Part shown: positions 21,495 through 24,000 of the stretch, in pieces
Layout of the letters: each line of letters opens with the position of its first letter
Position numbering within the stretch: the stretch's first letter is position 1
Assembly: GCA_030586555.1 (NCBI GenBank)
Contig: JAURAC010000003.1
Location: 84,073-108,072 of the forward strand
DNA from: Candidatus Subterrananammoxibius californiae
GTDB taxonomy: Bacteria; Planctomycetota; Brocadiia; Brocadiales; Subterrananammoxibiaceae
Length of the DNA stretch: 24,000 nucleotides
Direction of reading: 5' to 3'
Notes under the pieces: model-generated
Databases searched by the model: none
What the model was told of the DNA's origin: nothing
The model's input: the letters and a program-made list of their open reading frames with translations, nothing else
Translations under genes and position numbers: made by a program

Positions 21495-22350
21495 TGAATT
21501 AATTAAACGTAATGAACCACTGAGTCGCTATACTACGTTTGGGATAGGTGGGACGGCTGAAATATTTGCAGAGCCTCGAAACAGCGCGGAGCTTAAGGAG
21601 TTTATAGAGTTCGGCAGGGATAGCAGGCTGCCAATAAACGTTATAGGTAAAGGAAGCAATGTCCTTGTAAATGATAGCGGCGTTAGAGGTATAGTCATCT
21701 ATCTTGCAAGAAACGGTTTTAAACGTGTAAAAAGAGAAAATTCTTCAATAATTGCAGGGGCTGGGGTTAGCCTTCCATTGCTTGTCAACAAGAGTGTGGG
21801 GTGGGGATTGGGTGGTTTAGAGGTGTTAACGGGGATTCCCGGAACAGTCGGAGGCGCTGTTGCCTCAAACGCTGGAGGCAAGTACGGCACAATAAGTGAA
21901 TGCATAATGTCTGTAACAACCATAGACATTGATGGTAGAACTCACCAGTACAACAGAGAGGATATTGACTTCGGATATAGAAAAAATTGCTTTCTTAACC
22001 AAATAATCATCGAGGCAATGTTAAAACTAAAGGAGTGTAACAGAGTAGCGTTGCTGAAGCGCTCCAGGGAAATTCTTCAAGAGAAGAATCTGCGTCAACC
22101 GCTTTCGGCAAAGAGCGCAGGGTGTGTTTTTAAAAATCCCGAGGGCTATTGCGCCGGTGCATTGATTGAACAGGCTGGATTAAAGGGGCAAAGGGTTGGC
22201 GGGGCAATAGTATCAGAAAAACATGCAAATTTTATTATTAATACAGGCAATGCCACCGCAGCCAACGTGCTTGAACTTGTTGACGCGATAAAGGGCGATG
22301 TTTTGCGGAAATTCAACATCTTATTAGAATTAGAAATTCAGGTATGGTAA
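21469..22350 (+). CDS. murB: UDP-N-acetylenolpyruvoylglucosamine reductase
   Basis: The LSRYTTFGIGGTAE FAD-binding N-terminus, GGLEVLTGIPGTVGGAV, and SAGCVFKNP...GGAIVSEKHANFIIN. Confidence 0.9.
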   Translation: MEYYNLPYNELIKRNEPLSRYTTFGIGGTAEIFAEPRNSAELKEFIEFGRDSRLPINVIGKGSNVLVNDSGVRGIVIYLARNGFKRVKRENSSIIAGAGVSLPLLVNKSVGWGLGGLEVLTGIPGTVGGAVASNAGGKYGTISECIMSVTTIDIDGRTHQYNREDIDFGYRKNCFLNQIIIEAMLKLKECNRVALLKRSREILQEKNLRQPLSAKSAGCVFKNPEGYCAGALIEQAGLKGQRVGGAIVSEKHANFIINTGNATAANVLELVDAIKGDVLRKFNILLELEIQVW

Positions 22351-22531
22351 TCGTCGCTCGTGACCCGTCGCCCGTGACTCGAGCAACGAAGAAAGGAGGC
22401 TACCAATGTATAAGTCAACGAATGCGGCAGTTCTAATGGATGAAATATCCTCGGAAAGCGAGGTATCCATCCATTCAGGCGCTACCATAAGCGAGGCGCC
22501 CATAGGAGCAGAACACAATATTATCTTCACC
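22123..22531 (+). repeat. Tandem duplication, unit 1 (murB 3' end + spacer + ddl-like 5' fragment)
   Basis: It aligns codon for codon with 22532-22921 apart from the spacer. The murB-derived parts are offset by 409 nt and the ddl-derived parts by 390 nt. Confidence 0.85.
22351..22392. repeat. Heptanucleotide array between murB and the chimeric ORF
   Basis: TCGTCGC TCGTGAC CCGTCGC CCGTGAC TCGAGCA ACGAAGA. It is absent from the equivalent spacer of duplication unit 2 (22760-22795). Confidence 0.6.
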
Positions 22532-22759
22532 TGTATTTTTAAAAACCCACCTGGCTATTACGCCGGTGCATTGATTGAACAGGCTGGATTAAAGGGGCAA
22601 AGGGTTGGCGGGGCAATGGTATCAGAAGAATATGCAAATTTCATTATAGATACAGGGAATGCCACTGTAACCGATGTGCTTGAACTTGTTGACATGGTAA
22701 GATGCGCCGTTCTGCGGAAATTCAATATCTTATTAGAATTAGAAATTCAGGTATGGTAA
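22406..22759 (+). CDS. Chimeric ORF: Ddl N-terminal 42 codons fused in frame to the MurB C-terminal 75 codons. A duplication relic that may be a pseudogene or a novel small protein
   Basis: MYKSTNAAVLMDEISSESEVSIHSGATISEAPIGAEHNIIFT aligns with Ddl residues 1-42. CIFKNPPGYYAGALIEQAGLKGQRVGGAMVSEEYANFIIDTGNATVTDVLELVDMVRCAVLRKFNILLELEIQVW aligns with MurB residues 219-293. The frame is intact, and it has its own AAAGGAGG SD at the same spacing as ddl. Confidence 0.6.
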   Translation: MYKSTNAAVLMDEISSESEVSIHSGATISEAPIGAEHNIIFTCIFKNPPGYYAGALIEQAGLKGQRVGGAMVSEEYANFIIDTGNATVTDVLELVDMVRCAVLRKFNILLELEIQVW

Positions 22760-22921
22760 GAACCCTTCCACTCGGGGGCGGAAAGGAGTCTGCAAATGTA
22801 TAAGACAAGAAATATAGCGGTCCTAATGGGTGGGGTATCCTCGGAACGAGAGGTATCCCTTCGTTCCGGCACTGCTGTAAGCGAGGCGCTGAAACAAGCA
22901 GGACACAATGTTATCTGTATC
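22532..22921 (+). repeat. Tandem duplication, unit 2 (murB-like 3' fragment + spacer + genuine ddl 5' end)
   Basis: See unit 1. The murB-derived parts share a run of more than 50 identical nt (gccggtgcattgattgaacaggctggattaaaggggcaaagggttggcggggcaat). Confidence 0.85.
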
Positions 22922-23773
22922 GAGGTAAATGATGAAAAGGTTGAGGAGCTTGACAGACATGAGATAGATGTCGCTTTCATTGCGCTTCATGGCTATTTTG
23001 GAGAAGACGGGGGCATACAGAGCCTTCTTGAATCCAAAGGTATCCCTTACACGGGCTCAGGTGTCGAGGCAAGCAGAATTGCAATGGACAAGATAGAAAC
23101 CAAAAGAAGATTCCTCGCCAGAGGTCTATCTACCCCTGATTACGTGTCAATAACCCAATATTATAACATGTCAGAAGTGCAAAGATTTGTTGATATGCTG
23201 GGTTTTCCCGTAATCGTGAAACCCGCAAGAAACGGCTCCAGTATTGGTGTCTCAATGGTAAAAAATCTTGCAGAATTAAAGAAGGGAATAGAAAAAGCCC
23301 TGAAGTTCGGTTCAAAGGCGCTTATTGAAAAACACATCCACGGAAAGGAATTAACGGTAGGGATTCTTGGTAATAATCCTCTTCCTATCATCGAAATAAA
23401 ACCTGCTGTGGAATTTTTTGACTACACAGCAAAATACAATGACAGCAGAACGGAATACAATATGGAAGTATCTCTACCTTCCTCTGTCTATAACGAGGTA
23501 CAACAAGTAGCCCTTAAAGCACATGAAACCATCGGTTGCAAAGGTTTTTCCAGAGTAGATATGATTCTCGAAGAGCAAAATCATGGTCCTAATGGCCTTG
23601 GTCTTGCCAGTCACATTTATCTCTTAGAAATCAATACAATACCAGGATTCACGGAAAAGAGCCTGTTGCCAAAGGCTGCCAGGGCTGCAAATATTGGATT
23701 TGTGGGTTTGTGCGAGACGATAGTCGAGTTTGCACTCCAGGACGTTGAAGCAGGCATAGAAGAATTGGTGTAA
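22796..23773 (+). CDS. ddl: D-alanine--D-alanine ligase
   Basis: VLMGGVSSEREVSLRSG, ALHGYFGEDGGIQSLLE, and an ATP-grasp core ending in YLLEINTIPGFTEKS. Confidence 0.9.
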   Translation: MYKTRNIAVLMGGVSSEREVSLRSGTAVSEALKQAGHNVICIEVNDEKVEELDRHEIDVAFIALHGYFGEDGGIQSLLESKGIPYTGSGVEASRIAMDKIETKRRFLARGLSTPDYVSITQYYNMSEVQRFVDMLGFPVIVKPARNGSSIGVSMVKNLAELKKGIEKALKFGSKALIEKHIHGKELTVGILGNNPLPIIEIKPAVEFFDYTAKYNDSRTEYNMEVSLPSSVYNEVQQVALKAHETIGCKGFSRVDMILEEQNHGPNGLGLASHIYLLEINTIPGFTEKSLLPKAARAANIGFVGLCETIVEFALQDVEAGIEELV

Positions 23774-23774
23774 T

Positions 23775-23823
23775 AATGAGCAATGAGCAACGAGCAATGA
23801 GTAATGAGTCACGAGGAGCGATG
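23775..23823. repeat. Heptanucleotide array at the ddl-ftsQ junction
   Basis: AATGAGC AATGAGC AACGAGC AATGAGT AATGAGT CACGAGG AGCGATG. Confidence 0.7.
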
Positions 23824-24000
23824 TTATCTAAAGCAGGGTGGAGGCGTTCCATATATTTTAAACCGCTTCTTGTGATACTCGGCATAGCGGCTCTTGGGTT
23901 ATCTATTCGATTTGGATGGCACTATTTAATTAACCTCGACACGTTTAAGGTAAAGCCAGGCACGTTTTCGTTTGAACTTCCTTCATGGGCAAAGGTGGAA
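23776..24000 (+). CDS. ftsQ: Cell division protein FtsQ-like (N-terminal part; continues beyond the window)
   Basis: This open frame is absent from the track because it has no stop in the window. It reads (MSNEQRAMSNESRGA)MLSKAGWRRSIYFKPLLVILGIAALGLSIRFGWHYLINLDTFKVKPGTFSFE, a basic stretch, one TM segment, and the beginning of a POTRA-like domain, in the position of ftsQ. In-frame ATGs occur at 23776, 23797 and 23821, and the real start is uncertain. Confidence 0.65.
   Translation, partial: MSNEQRAMSNESRGAMLSKAGWRRSIYFKPLLVILGIAALGLSIRFGWHYLINLDTFKVKPGTFSFELPSWAKVE

Noticed and set aside
23575-23615. A short periodic pattern (TGGCCT TGGTCT TGCCAG) and a roughly 8-aa length excess (NHGPNGLGLAS) in Ddl, before YLLEINTIPG.
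   Set aside because: The period is 6 rather than 7, there are only three weak units, and there is no palindrome. This is too little signal to link it to the repeat families.
4445-23823. Whether the heptamer arrays or the 28-30 bp palindromes represent CRISPR arrays.
   Set aside because: There is no alternation of conserved 24-48 bp repeats with unique spacers. The palindromes are single, dispersed and intragenic, and the heptamers are contiguous 7-nt units. There are no cas genes in the window.
23776-24000. A statement that ftsA and ftsZ are absent downstream of ftsQ, which would bear on an FtsZ-less lineage.
   Set aside because: The window ends inside ftsQ, so nothing can be concluded about what follows.

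Overview
This 24 kb window is mostly a peptidoglycan-synthesis and cell-division (dcw) cluster on the + strand. Its order is mraZ, rsmH, ftsL-like, ftsI, accB-like, murE, a small zinc-ribbon ORF, murF, mraY, ftsW, murG, murC, murB, a ddl'-'murB chimeric ORF, ddl, and the start of ftsQ. Upstream on the + strand lie def, fmt and a DUF116 gene. Two minus-strand units complete the window. One is an efflux operon (periplasmic adaptor, PAS/GAF-GGDEF cyclase, RND pump) that runs off the left edge. The other is a two-gene operon divergent from mraZ, encoding a 4-TM protein and a membrane-anchored protein with prenyltransferase/cyclase-type toroid repeats. I found no rRNA, tRNA, CRISPR array or transposase gene.

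The gene products are ordinary, but the DNA-level structure is not:
- The mraZ promoter and its TGGGN operator are duplicated in inverted orientation, facing the divergent operon.
- A family of 28-30 bp GTAG...CTAC palindromes sits in frame inside five genes. Related hairpin modules (TCCGCCTGAGGCGG and CTSAG..GGGTCGAAC) occur both inside genes and between them.
- Degenerate tandem heptanucleotide arrays occupy most gene junctions, and some are translated.
- A diverged ~409 bp tandem duplication created an intact chimeric ORF.
- murD is missing from its usual slot, while a BCCP-like gene and a CxxC..CxxC mini-ORF are inserted in the cluster.

I cannot identify the organism from the sequence alone. 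All homology calls rest on recognised motifs in the supplied translations, not on database searches.
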